Under the pieces are notes generated by a model. That model had not been told where the DNA came from. It saw nothing but the letters and a program-made list of their open reading frames with translations, and searched no databases. Below, piece after piece: positions 9,893-19,195 of a DNA stretch of 64,000 bases. Source of the DNA: an uncultured virus (IMG/VR IMGVR_UViG_3300034061_005432) (taxonomy: Duplodnaviria > Heunggongvirae > Uroviricota > Caudoviricetes); IMG/VR virus record IMGVR_UViG_3300034061_005432, positions 1 through 64,000 of that record, one strand, 5' to 3'. A program made the position numbers and the translations under genes. Numbering within the stretch: the stretch's first letter is position 1; each line of letters starts with the position of its first letter.

Positions 9893-11713
9893 ATGTCAGA
9901 ACAAAAATTAACGGTGTGGCAAAGATTGAGTAGGACTTTTGGTCCTAATGCAACCCTTGACCAACAATCTCCCGTATTCAAATTTGATAAAAAGGAGCTA
10001 TTAAAGACAACAGATAAATCTGAGTTTGAAAAAGAAAAATTACAATCTCAGCAGACAATGTATATCGGCCAACAATGGCAAAAAGTAGAAAATAATTTAT
10101 ACCAACAAGCGGTATATTATGAACCAACAAGAATGGCGTCATACTATGATTATGAATCTATGGAATATACACCTGAAATTTCTGCGGCATTAGACATTTA
10201 TTCTGAAGAATCCACAACACCAGATCAAGATGGACTTATATTAAAAGTTTATTCTGAATCAAAAAGAATAAAATCAGTATTAATCGATCTTTTTGTTAAT
10301 AAATTGGATATTAACACCAACTTACCAATGTGGACAAGAAACACATGTAAGTTTGGTGACAACTTTGTATATCTTAAGTTAGATCCTGAAAATGGTATTG
10401 TTGGATGTCAACAACTACCAAACATTCAAATCGAAAGATTAGAAAAAGGGATGAGGTTTCAACCTGATAAGTACTCACAAGAAATGGAAAACGACGCTTT
10501 GAAGTTTACTTGGAAGGAAAAAAACATGGAGTTCAATACTTGGGAAGTAGCACACTTTAGAATTTTAGGTGACGATAGAAAACTACCGTATGGTACATCG
10601 ATGCTCGAAAAGGCTCGTAGAATTTGGAAACAATTATTACTTTCTGAAGATGCGATGTTAATCTATCGTGTATCTAGAGCACCTGAAAGAAGAGTATTTA
10701 AAGTATTTGTCGGTAACATGGACGACAAAGATGTTGACCCATATGTACAAAGAGTTGCTAATAAATTTAAAAGAGATCAAATTGTTGATCACTCAACAGG
10801 TAATGTCGATATGAGGTATAATCAAATGGCGGTAGACCAAGATTATTTCATTCCTGTTCGTGATCCGGCAGCAACCAACCCTATTGAAACATTACCAGGT
10901 GGTACGAACTTAGCTGAAATCGCAGACATTGAGTATATTCAAAAGAAATTAGTTACAGCTCTTAGAATACCTAAGGCTTATTTAGGATTCGAAGAGGCGG
11001 TAGGTGATGGTAAAAATTTATCATTATTAGATATTCGTTTTGCGAGAACTATCAATAGAATTCAAAAGTCTATGATTGCAGAATTAAATAAAATTGCAAT
11101 TATTCATCTTTTTTTATTAGGTTTTGAAGACGAATTAACAAACTTCACATTAGGTTTACACAATCCATCTAAACAATCTGAATTACTTTCAATCGAACTA
11201 TGGAAGGAAAAAATACTTCTGTATAAAGATGCAGTTACACCTATCGCAGACACAGTAGCCCCTGTTTCAGCGTCTTGGGCTAAAAAACATATCTTAGGGT
11301 TCTCAGATGAAGAAATAAGATTAGATATACAACAACAAAGGGTAGAAAGGGCAGTGGCTGCAGAACTTGTAAAAACTGCTGAGAGTATACCTAAAACCGG
11401 ACTTTTTGATACTATAGACCAACTTTACGGTAAAAAAGATGGTGAAGCAACACCTGAAGGAGGTGCGGCACCTGAAGGAGGTGATATGGATATGGGAGGT
11501 GGAGATTTAGGCGGAGGAGCCCCACCACCACCTGAAGGCTCACCATCACCTGAACCTGGAGGGGTAACACCTGAAAGTTTTAATAAAGATGGATTAGATT
11601 TAATATTGGAAGATTTGTCATTATTTAATTCTGCAGATGTTATAGAATTATCTAAAGGAAGAAACTCGTTGATTGAAATAGATGAAAGAGTTAAATCTTT
11701 ATTGAATAAGTAA
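9893..11713 (+). CDS. portal protein (T4 gp20-like)
   Basis: YRVSRAPERRVF, DYFIPVR, IETLPGG, DIEYIQKKL..ALRIP; follows TerL. Confidence 0.92.
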   Translation: MSEQKLTVWQRLSRTFGPNATLDQQSPVFKFDKKELLKTTDKSEFEKEKLQSQQTMYIGQQWQKVENNLYQQAVYYEPTRMASYYDYESMEYTPEISAALDIYSEESTTPDQDGLILKVYSESKRIKSVLIDLFVNKLDINTNLPMWTRNTCKFGDNFVYLKLDPENGIVGCQQLPNIQIERLEKGMRFQPDKYSQEMENDALKFTWKEKNMEFNTWEVAHFRILGDDRKLPYGTSMLEKARRIWKQLLLSEDAMLIYRVSRAPERRVFKVFVGNMDDKDVDPYVQRVANKFKRDQIVDHSTGNVDMRYNQMAVDQDYFIPVRDPAATNPIETLPGGTNLAEIADIEYIQKKLVTALRIPKAYLGFEEAVGDGKNLSLLDIRFARTINRIQKSMIAELNKIAIIHLFLLGFEDELTNFTLGLHNPSKQSELLSIELWKEKILLYKDAVTPIADTVAPVSASWAKKHILGFSDEEIRLDIQQQRVERAVAAELVKTAESIPKTGLFDTIDQLYGKKDGEATPEGGAAPEGGDMDMGGGDLGGGAPPPPEGSPSPEPGGVTPESFNKDGLDLILEDLSLFNSADVIELSKGRNSLIEIDERVKSLLNK

Positions 11714-11721
11714 TATTTATT
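11714..11721 (+). promoter_or_regulatory. putative late promoter motif TATTTATT
   Basis: Directly after the portal stop, 11 nt before ATG 11733. Confidence 0.5.
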
Positions 11722-11732
11722 AAATAAAAACT

Positions 11733-12464
11733 ATGAACACTTTTGGCACTATAAAAACAAAAATAGAAAAAGCATCTATCGGTTTATACGGAAAACCTGA
11801 ATTTAAATCTTTTTTGAAACAATTTAAATCAATGGTTTTAGAAAACAAAGACATTGCTGAGTTATATTATATCTACGATGATTTATCTTCTAACAAGGGT
11901 ATTAATGAATCTATCGCCGAAGATTACATAAATGAAACTGTTGAGTATTCTCAAATTTTAGTTGAAGGTAATTCAAAACATATTACAAAGGTAAGTAATT
12001 GGATTGATTCTATTGTATTGGAACATACTAATGAATACAAGGATATTGATAATACGATATATAAGAAATCAATCAAAGACCTATCCACGGTTTTAGAATC
12101 TAAAAGAAAAATTAAGTCTAATATTATTTTAGAAGAAAAGAAAGAAGATATAATAGAAAGCGTTAACTTACCAATTTCAACAATGGTTAAGGTTGCTGAA
12201 GAAAATATTAAATTAGAATTAAAAAATATTTCAGAATCAGAAAGAAAAGTTATAGAGGAGTTGTCATCTATGTCGGATGAAGAAATCAAAACCGAAATGG
12301 ACCAACTTAAAGAAAATGTTATTTCTAATTTGAAATCTACTTTGAACGAATCGACAGAATCTGATTTAAAATCAACAATAGAAAATACAATCAAAAAAAT
12401 TAATGAATCACCTTATGATAGATTCAATCTTTATAAGTTGAGGGGTTTAAGTCAAGGATTATGA
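11733..12464 (+). CDS. hypothetical helical protein of the head module
   Basis: 243-aa ORF with many I/L-x-E motifs. Confidence 0.7.
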   Translation: MNTFGTIKTKIEKASIGLYGKPEFKSFLKQFKSMVLENKDIAELYYIYDDLSSNKGINESIAEDYINETVEYSQILVEGNSKHITKVSNWIDSIVLEHTNEYKDIDNTIYKKSIKDLSTVLESKRKIKSNIILEEKKEDIIESVNLPISTMVKVAEENIKLELKNISESERKVIEELSSMSDEEIKTEMDQLKENVISNLKSTLNESTESDLKSTIENTIKKINESPYDRFNLYKLRGLSQGL

Positions 12465-12697
12465 TTAGGTTTTTTAAATCAATGATGGAAGGGGCAAATG
12501 GGGGGATTTCCTCTAAAAGGTTTATTGGTCTTCTTTGTGGATTATCCCTAATTGTAGGATTATTTATATCTATGTTTAGTTGTGGAAAATACGAACCATC
12601 ATCAACTTTGGTGGATGCTGTAGGTCTGTTGGCCTTTGGGTGTTTAGGTTTGACTTCAGTCGATTTCTTTACACACAAAAAAGGTGACAACAAATAA
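12461..12697 (+). CDS. small two-TM membrane protein (holin-like candidate)
   Basis: SSKR followed by two hydrophobic stretches and a basic C-terminus. Confidence 0.5.
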   Translation: MIRFFKSMMEGANGGISSKRFIGLLCGLSLIVGLFISMFSCGKYEPSSTLVDAVGLLAFGCLGLTSVDFFTHKKGDNK

Positions 12698-12880
12698 CTA
12701 GTTATTCTTTTTTTGTAAATAAGCTGCCTTTTTCTTCTGGTCTCTTTTTGAAACTGAAGGTTTCGTAAACTCCTGTAATTCCCTCAACCTTTCGATTTGT
12801 TTTGTTTTATACACTTTAAATTTATATTGTTTAAGTGCTTGCTCAATAGAGTTAGGGTTTTTTACTGGTACTATAATCAT
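12698..12880 (-). CDS. rpsU: phage-encoded 30S ribosomal protein bS21
   Basis: MIIVPVK...IEQALKQYK.K......LR....FTKPSV.KR....KAAY, a Bacteroidota-type bS21 pattern, 60 aa. Confidence 0.9.
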   Translation of the reverse strand: MIIVPVKNPNSIEQALKQYKFKVYKTKQIERLRELQEFTKPSVSKRDQKKKAAYLQKKNN

Positions 12881-12888
12881 ATTTTTTT

Positions 12889-12897
12889 CCTCCTTTT
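12889..12897 (-). promoter_or_regulatory. strong Shine-Dalgarno AAAAGGAGG of bS21
   Basis: The minus strand reads AAAAGGAGG-N8-ATG(12880). Confidence 0.85.
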
Positions 12898-12899
12898 GA

Positions 12900-12907
12900 T
12901 ATAAATA
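12900..12907 (-). promoter_or_regulatory. putative late promoter motif TATTTATA for bS21
   Basis: 2 nt upstream of the SD on the minus strand. Confidence 0.6.
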
Positions 12908-12925
12908 TACAAGATTTTTCGATTT

Positions 12926-12954
12926 TTGACAACGATGTTTATTTTTATTATAAT
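12926..12954 (+). promoter_or_regulatory. consensus sigma70-like promoter
   Basis: TTGACA-N17-TATAAT upstream of ORF 12988. Confidence 0.75.
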
Positions 12955-12987
12955 TGTATAAAACAAATAAACTTTAAGTTATGAAGA

Positions 12988-13437
12988 ATGAAAAAAGGAA
13001 AAACATCGAAATTAAATGTTTTTGATGATGCTAAATGTTACTATGGTACGGTAGATTCAAAAGAAATGAAATCCATATACATAGTACTACAGACATGGAT
13101 CCAACCATCAGATGATTATGATAATTGGGAAAAAATAACAGGTCATATTAAAAGACAAATACAACACACATTATTAGAAGTATTAGACTTCACATTCTTC
13201 GAAAAGAAACAAATAGTCGACTTAGACTTGAGAACAAGTGGGATACAAAAAGGTAAAAAGAGTTTTTTAAATTTAGAGATTACACTTTTCATTCATAATA
13301 AATTTGTAGAATTCAAATCACTTATTTTAAGAAATAAAATCAAAACACTATTAACTGCAATATACACTGACGATTTAAAAAATTGTAAGTTTTTTACACT
13401 TAATAAAACAAAAAATCCAGAAATGGTTATTTCCTAA
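12988..13437 (+). CDS. hypothetical protein
   Basis: 149-aa basic ORF with its own host-type promoter. Confidence 0.7.
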   Translation: MKKGKTSKLNVFDDAKCYYGTVDSKEMKSIYIVLQTWIQPSDDYDNWEKITGHIKRQIQHTLLEVLDFTFFEKKQIVDLDLRTSGIQKGKKSFLNLEITLFIHNKFVEFKSLILRNKIKTLLTAIYTDDLKNCKFFTLNKTKNPEMVIS

Positions 13438-13445
13438 TATTTATT
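13438..13445 (+). promoter_or_regulatory. putative late promoter motif TATTTATT
   Basis: Upstream of the prohead protease ATG 13461. Confidence 0.5.
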
Positions 13446-13460
13446 TATTAAAAATAGATT

Positions 13461-14168
13461 ATGAAAATTTTAGGACCGAATGATAGTGGTAAAGGAATAC
13501 TTGTAGAATGGGATGCTGGATTCATCAATCCAAATGATGAGAGAAATACCGATATAATAAAAGAATCTTACGGACAGTTAGAACACTCAAAACCTTTTGT
13601 GTTCTATGCGACATTACAAAAACACGGAGTACCTAACAGAAACGGTAGGGTTTATCCTGAAAACATATTAAGAAGAGAGGCTGATAAGTATAAAGAACTT
13701 ATTAATAAAGGGATGTCGATTTCTGAATTAAACCATCCTGAGTCTTCATTAATTGACTTAGATAGAGTATCACATCTTATTACTGACATATGGTGGGAAA
13801 ACAATGTTTTAATGGGTAAGATTAAATTATTAACCACTCCAGGTTTTCACGAAAGAGGTATAGTGTCATCCAAAGGAGATGTTGCAGCAAACATGATGAG
13901 ACAGGGTGTTACTATGGGTGTATCTTCTCGTGGTGTTGGTTCTTTGGTAAAAAAAGGTGAGCAAAATGAAGTACAGGATGATTTTGAATTAATTTGTTTT
14001 GATCTTGTTTCTTCACCGTCAACGCCAGGAGCTTACCTTTACTTAAACAAGGAAGACCGACCAAAGTATGAAGAAAAACTTGCCGAACATGATAAAAGTA
14101 ATTTTTCAGGTAGTGGTTTAGAGAAATCTGTTGACTTAATGAAAAGATTGACCGATTATTTAAAATAA
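13461..14168 (+). CDS. prohead core protease (T4 gp21-like)
   Basis: NRNGRVYP, ELNHP, GVSSRGVGS, DLVSSPSTPGA. Confidence 0.92.
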   Translation: MKILGPNDSGKGILVEWDAGFINPNDERNTDIIKESYGQLEHSKPFVFYATLQKHGVPNRNGRVYPENILRREADKYKELINKGMSISELNHPESSLIDLDRVSHLITDIWWENNVLMGKIKLLTTPGFHERGIVSSKGDVAANMMRQGVTMGVSSRGVGSLVKKGEQNEVQDDFELICFDLVSSPSTPGAYLYLNKEDRPKYEEKLAEHDKSNFSGSGLEKSVDLMKRLTDYLK

Positions 14169-14179
14169 AAAAACACATT

Positions 14180-14389
14180 ATGGAAGAAAAATATTTTATT
14201 GCAAAAATTACAACAGACATGCCTGATGAGAACACAGGAAAGATTAAAAAAATTAGAGAAGAAAAATTAGTAAAAGGATATTCACCAACTGATGTTGAGG
14301 CAAAAGTTACTAAAGTATATGAATCATATACAATGGATTGGAGAATTACGGCAATAGTTGAATCAAAAATTGATGAAGTTATTGAATAA
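14180..14389 (+). CDS. DUF4494-like small protein
   Basis: YFIAKI...ENTGKIKKIREEKLV.GYSPTDVEAKV resembles the Bacteroidota DUF4494 N-terminus. Confidence 0.55.
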   Translation: MEEKYFIAKITTDMPDENTGKIKKIREEKLVKGYSPTDVEAKVTKVYESYTMDWRITAIVESKIDEVIE

Positions 14390-14414
14390 TTATTAATTAT
14401 TACTACAAAAATTT

Positions 14415-14441
14415 AAGGGACGCCAACAGGTGTCCCTTTTT
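14415..14441 (+). terminator. rho-independent terminator
   Basis: AAGGGACGCC-AACA-GGTGTCCCTT followed by Ts. Confidence 0.85.
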
Positions 14442-14503
14442 ATTTATATCTATTTTTTTTTATCTGAAAACCTTAATATAATGATTTTTTTATAATAAGG
14501 ATA

Positions 14504-14511
14504 TATTTATC
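14504..14511 (+). promoter_or_regulatory. putative late promoter motif TATTTATC
   Basis: Between the terminator and the scaffold ATG 14546. Confidence 0.5.
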
Positions 14512-14545
14512 TGTAAAATAAACGCGTAACGCATTGCTTAAAATA

Positions 14546-16075
14546 ATGAGTACAGAAAAAACAGGATCGATAGTTGAACAAACCTTATTACAAATTAAGG
14601 CTGTTGAAAATGCTATCAGTGAAAATGCAAAAGGAATACTTGCTTCTACAATGAAACAAGAAATCAGCGAATTAGTTAGAGAGTCTTTAGTAGATTCAAA
14701 ACAAACAAAAAAACCCCTAAACGAACAAGAAGAGCCTGAAATGGAAGAACCTGTAGTTGCGACTGCAGATGACGAAGAAGAAGAGGCTGTAATTGATGTT
14801 GAAGACGAGGGGGGAGAACCTGAATCAGAATATGTCTTTGGTATGGATTCCGAAGATGGTGAAGAAGAAGGTGATAATGAAATGGAAATGCCTCCACTTG
14901 ACATGACTTCGGCATCACCTGACGAAGTTTTGAAAGTTTTCAAAGCTATGGGTGATGAAGATGGAATTATAGTTAAGAAGGATGATGATTATATTCACTT
15001 GATCGATGATGAAGATGAGTATTTGATTCAAACTGGAGACATGGACGATAATACAGAAGAACCAATGTTGGATTTAGAAGAAAGTGTTATCTACGAAATT
15101 GAAATGGAAGAAGGTGATTATCACATGGAAGAACAAGAATTTGAAGAAGGTGATTATCACATGGAAGAACAAGAATTTGAAGAAGGTGATTATCACATGG
15201 AAGAAATGTACATGGAAGAAGGAGACTATATGGTTGACTTGGATAATGTACAATTCGGACAAGATGATTTTTCAAATGTTGAAGAAGAATCCATTTATGA
15301 AATCGATGAAGAAGATCTTCACTCAGTAGTAGAAGCATTTAAAGCAGTAGGAATGGGAATGGGTAAAGTAGGAACAGGAATGGCTAAAACTTCAGTTAAT
15401 AACAAAGGGTTCAAAGAAGACCAACCACAAGGCACAAAAGGTGTTGGAATGGGTAAAGCAAGTAAATTTAAATATCCTAAAATTAAACATGGAGTTACTG
15501 AAACCGAAACTGAAGAGGCATTCGAAGGTTGGGATATGGAAGAAGATGTTGATTTGGTAGATATTGAAGCTACTGGAGGTATGATGGAACCTTAAACAAC
15601 TGAAGCGTCAAGAACTATGACATATAGAAGAAGAGCTGAAAGAGACAGAGTGGCAGCACCAAGTCAGTTAAGAAAAGAATCTGTAGAAAGAGAACTTGAT
15701 TTAATTAAAGAGAAAAACGAAGAATACAAAAAAGCTTTGAATTTCTTTAGATCTAAGTTAAATGAAGTTGCAGTATTCAATTCAAACTTGGCATATGCTA
15801 CAAGATTGTTCACTGAACATTCCACTACAAAACAAGAAAAAATAAATATTCTAAGAAGATTTGATAATGTAGAATCTATCAAGGAATCTAAAACACTTTA
15901 CAAGTCAATTAAAAATGAATTAGATGGTAAAGGTGGTGAGATGGTAACTGAGTCAGTTCAGACAAAAGTTAATAGAACACCAGCTAACGGATCATCAACA
16001 AACTTAATTGAAAGTAAAACTTATGAGAATCCTCAATTCATGAGAATGAGAGATTTGATGTCAAAAATTAAATAA
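14546..16075 (+). CDS. prohead scaffold/core protein (gp22-like) interrupted by an in-frame TAA at 15593-15595
   Basis: Lies between the protease and capsid genes; acidic middle and coiled-coil ends; ORFs 14534..15595 and 15617..16075 share a frame with one stop between them. Confidence 0.7.
15107..15232 (+). repeat. 36-bp coding tandem repeat (EEGDYHMEEQEF)
   Basis: GAAGAAGGTGATTATCACATGGAAGAACAAGAATTT, two exact copies plus two degenerate or partial copies. Confidence 0.9.
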
Positions 16076-16106
16076 ATAAATAAACTCTAAATTAAAAAAA
16101 AATAAA

Positions 16107-17933
16107 ATGGGAGCATTATTAGAATCAGGTCTTGTTGGTAACATCGGGTTGAAACACCTTAAAGTTATCAAAGAAGATACAATTAACAAATGGGATAAAT
16201 TAGGATTCCTAGATGGTCTTAAAGGACACATTAAAGAGAACATGGCTCAATTATATGAGAACCAAGCATCTCACCTTATTAACGAAGCGGCTTCAACTGA
16301 TAGCTCAGGTTCATTCGAAACTGTAGTTTTCCCTATCGTAAGACGCGTATTCTCTAAATTGTTAGCTAATGATTTAGTATCTGTACAAGCAATGAACTTA
16401 CCTATCGGTAAATTGTTCTACTTTGTACCTAAAATCCAAGGTTACCAAGCGGCAGCTAATAACCAAATACAACACTTTCCACCACTTGGTTCACCCGCTA
16501 CTTTAGTAGGTGATGCTACTGCAACTCAAGGACAAGGTTACGGATCAACTAGTACATACGGTGGTACTAACTTGTATGACTTATTCTATGAAGGAAATGA
16601 GCCAGGATTAGATCCTGCAGGTTTATTTGACTATTCAAAAGGAGCTTATACGGCAATTACTTCAAGTGCTGTTGGCACTGTAGTTTGGAATGGTTACAAT
16701 TTAGTGTCTTCTGGTTATTCAGCAGGTGAGTACAGAAAAGTATTAATCGGTTTATCAGGTTTCTCTAATGCGGGTGCTGGTAAATTAATTGGACCTGATG
16801 GTCAGGAAATGGATAATGAAGCATTCTTATCTGACTTACAAGTAAATGCTGTACAAGCGGGTGTTAATGGTTTCTCAGGTTTAGGTACTAGTGATATTCT
16901 TTTCAGAGTTGTTACTCAAAAATATGGTAAAGGTATTGTACAATATGGTACACAAGCAAATACAACTTGGTCATCTACAGGTAACGGAGGTTCTTATGAT
17001 AACCTTTGTTCACAAGATGGTATCATCTATTTAGAGTTGGATCTACAAGTTCCTGCAACTATCGGTACAGGTTCAATTGACGGATATTCAGGGTTCACTT
17101 TACCAATTACTGGTCTTGCCACTGCAGGAGCTGCGTTTACATGTACATTCAGAAGATACAAAGAATTGGAATTCGAAGATGAGATCGGTGAAGTATCTTT
17201 TGACCTTGAGTCAGTTACTGTATCTGTTACAGAAAGAAAACTAAGAGCACAATGGTCTCCTGAATTAGCTCAAGATGTATCTGCATTCCACAATATCGAT
17301 GCTGAAGCTGAATTAACAGCTTTATTATCTGAGCAAGTGGCGGCAGAAATTGATCGTGAAATTCTTCGTGATTTGAGAAAAGGCGCAGCTTGGACACTTC
17401 GTTGGGATTACAACGGATGGAAAAGAGGTACTACTGCAAATCCATTAACTCAGTACACTCAAAAAGACTGGAACCAAACATTAATCACTGCGATTAACCA
17501 AATTTCGGCACAAATCCACAAATCTACTTTGAGAGGTGGAGCTAACTGGATCGTAGTTTCTTCTGAAATTTCAGCTATTTTTGATGACTTAGAATACTTC
17601 CATGTATCTAACGCTTCACCGGAGCAAGATCAATACAACATGGGTATTGAAAGAGTTGGTACATTAGCTGGTCGTTACCAAGTTTACCGTGATCCTTACT
17701 TCCCACCAAACACAGTATTGTTGGGTCACAAAGGAACATCATTGTTAGACACTGGTTATGTTTACGCACCGTATGTACCTCTACAATTAACACCTACAAT
17801 GTATAACCCATTCAACTTTACACCAATCAAAGGTATCATGACAAGATACGCTAAGAAAATGGTTAACAACCGTTTCTATGGTAGAATCACAGTTGATGGA
17901 GTTAGAACATTTGACTTAAGAGAATTGAGATAA
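16107..17933 (+). CDS. major capsid protein (T4 gp23-like)
   Basis: VQAMNLPIGKLFY, RKLRAQWSPELAQD, AEIDREI, YAPYVPL, GIMTRYA. Confidence 0.95.
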   Translation: MGALLESGLVGNIGLKHLKVIKEDTINKWDKLGFLDGLKGHIKENMAQLYENQASHLINEAASTDSSGSFETVVFPIVRRVFSKLLANDLVSVQAMNLPIGKLFYFVPKIQGYQAAANNQIQHFPPLGSPATLVGDATATQGQGYGSTSTYGGTNLYDLFYEGNEPGLDPAGLFDYSKGAYTAITSSAVGTVVWNGYNLVSSGYSAGEYRKVLIGLSGFSNAGAGKLIGPDGQEMDNEAFLSDLQVNAVQAGVNGFSGLGTSDILFRVVTQKYGKGIVQYGTQANTTWSSTGNGGSYDNLCSQDGIIYLELDLQVPATIGTGSIDGYSGFTLPITGLATAGAAFTCTFRRYKELEFEDEIGEVSFDLESVTVSVTERKLRAQWSPELAQDVSAFHNIDAEAELTALLSEQVAAEIDREILRDLRKGAAWTLRWDYNGWKRGTTANPLTQYTQKDWNQTLITAINQISAQIHKSTLRGGANWIVVSSEISAIFDDLEYFHVSNASPEQDQYNMGIERVGTLAGRYQVYRDPYFPPNTVLLGHKGTSLLDTGYVYAPYVPLQLTPTMYNPFNFTPIKGIMTRYAKKMVNNRFYGRITVDGVRTFDLRELR

Positions 17934-17953
17934 TCAATTAAATAATGAATAAG

Positions 17954-17982
17954 AAAAAGGTCAGAGAAATCTGACCTTTTTT
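17954..17982 (+). terminator. rho-independent terminator after the capsid gene
   Basis: AAAAAGGTCAGA-GAAA-TCTGACCTTTTTT. Confidence 0.9.
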
Positions 17983-17992
17983 ATTTTAAAGA

Positions 17993-18000
17993 TATTTATT
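17993..18000 (+). promoter_or_regulatory. putative late promoter motif TATTTATT
   Basis: 3 nt before ATG 18004. Confidence 0.6.
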
Positions 18001-18003
18001 GTT

Positions 18004-18729
18004 ATGAACCAACAAGAAAAGTTTTTTTTATTAAACGAAGTTACCTCAACAAATACAGGGTCAAGAGGAAGTTATGTCGGTCGTTTACAATCAGGAATTA
18101 GATATTTTAAAAAGAAAGATTTAGGTCCGTTTACCGAAAATGTTTCGGACTATAAAAGTCCTGATTTAGAATATGATTCATATGATGGAAAAATGGAAAG
18201 AAGTAAAAAACAAATAGGTAAGAAAGAAAAAATTGCAAAAAAAATCTATAACTATATTAAAAATAACCCCCAATCAACTTTTAGTGATACCGAAGGTAAC
18301 CCAATAAATCGGTTTCCTGGAAAAAATACAAATATAGTACCGATTAAAGAATGGGTGGAATTAGATAAAATTAATTTAAATGAAGATTTGGCGGTTTGGT
18401 TTGGAACAAAGAAAAAACCTAAAGGATCAAAACAACCAAAAGGACCATGGGTTAACATATGTAGAAAAGTAGATGGTAAACACCCACCATGTGGAAGACC
18501 TGACACATCTAAAGGTGCTTATCCTAAGTGTAGGGCAGCTGGTGTTGCTGGTAAAATGAGTGATTCGGCTAAAAAGGCCGCTTGCCAACAAAAAAGAAAG
18601 GCCGAGAAAAAAGACACCCAAACAGGTAAAGGTCAAAAACCAATTATGACATCATACAAACCAAAAAACAAAAGGACCCAAAATGAGTCCTTAGAAAAAA
18701 TTATTAAAAATATTTTAAGTTCACTTTAA
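18004..18729 (+). CDS. basic Cys-containing protein (DUF5872-like WF..WV..CGR..YPKCR module)
   Basis: EDLAVWFG...PWVNIC...PPCGR...YPKCR. Confidence 0.55.
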   Translation: MNQQEKFFLLNEVTSTNTGSRGSYVGRLQSGIRYFKKKDLGPFTENVSDYKSPDLEYDSYDGKMERSKKQIGKKEKIAKKIYNYIKNNPQSTFSDTEGNPINRFPGKNTNIVPIKEWVELDKINLNEDLAVWFGTKKKPKGSKQPKGPWVNICRKVDGKHPPCGRPDTSKGAYPKCRAAGVAGKMSDSAKKAACQQKRKAEKKDTQTGKGQKPIMTSYKPKNKRTQNESLEKIIKNILSSL

Positions 18730-19193
18730 CAATAAGTTCCTGAACATCTTTTTTGACCATCAAGTCCTTTTATTTTTCCTTTACATACTTGTATTGCGTA
18801 CCCATTGGCATAAGCTGAAGGATACACATCATATTTTGCTTTAGCTGCCGACTTACCTCTTGCACAAAGTTTAGTCCCTGTTTTTTTTCTACCCTCAATC
18901 ATCATCATATCCTCGTCATCGATATTCATAGAAAGTTCCATACCATCTTTTTTTGATTCATTCATCAAAAAATCAAAAACTTGATCCATGTTGTTTTTAG
19001 CCTCTGCGATATGATCTTGGGCCCAATCGTGACCATTTTCTAAAATACTCTCCACCATGTTTGGGTCTAAATCTAACAATAGATCACATTGTCTTCTCAT
19101 CTGTTGTAAATTAGAAAAAAACATGTATCTTGAATTGTTCATTCTATGATCTTCATTTAATACTTTTCTTATTATTCTTTCTATGTTGCCCAT
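18726..19193 (-). CDS. hypothetical protein with a YPSAYANG (DUF5872-like) module
   Basis: LCARGKSAAKAKYDVYPSAYANGYAIQVCKG at the C-terminus. Confidence 0.55.
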   Translation of the reverse strand: MGNIERIIRKVLNEDHRMNNSRYMFFSNLQQMRRQCDLLLDLDPNMVESILENGHDWAQDHIAEAKNNMDQVFDFLMNESKKDGMELSMNIDDEDMMMIEGRKKTGTKLCARGKSAAKAKYDVYPSAYANGYAIQVCKGKIKGLDGQKRCSGTYC

Positions 19194-19195
19194 AA

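Noticed and set aside
14390..14545. tRNA or ncRNA in the larger intergenic gaps (also 58593-58729 and 63026-63137)
   Set aside because: No cloverleaf or T-loop signature; explained by terminators, promoter motifs and AT-rich spacers.
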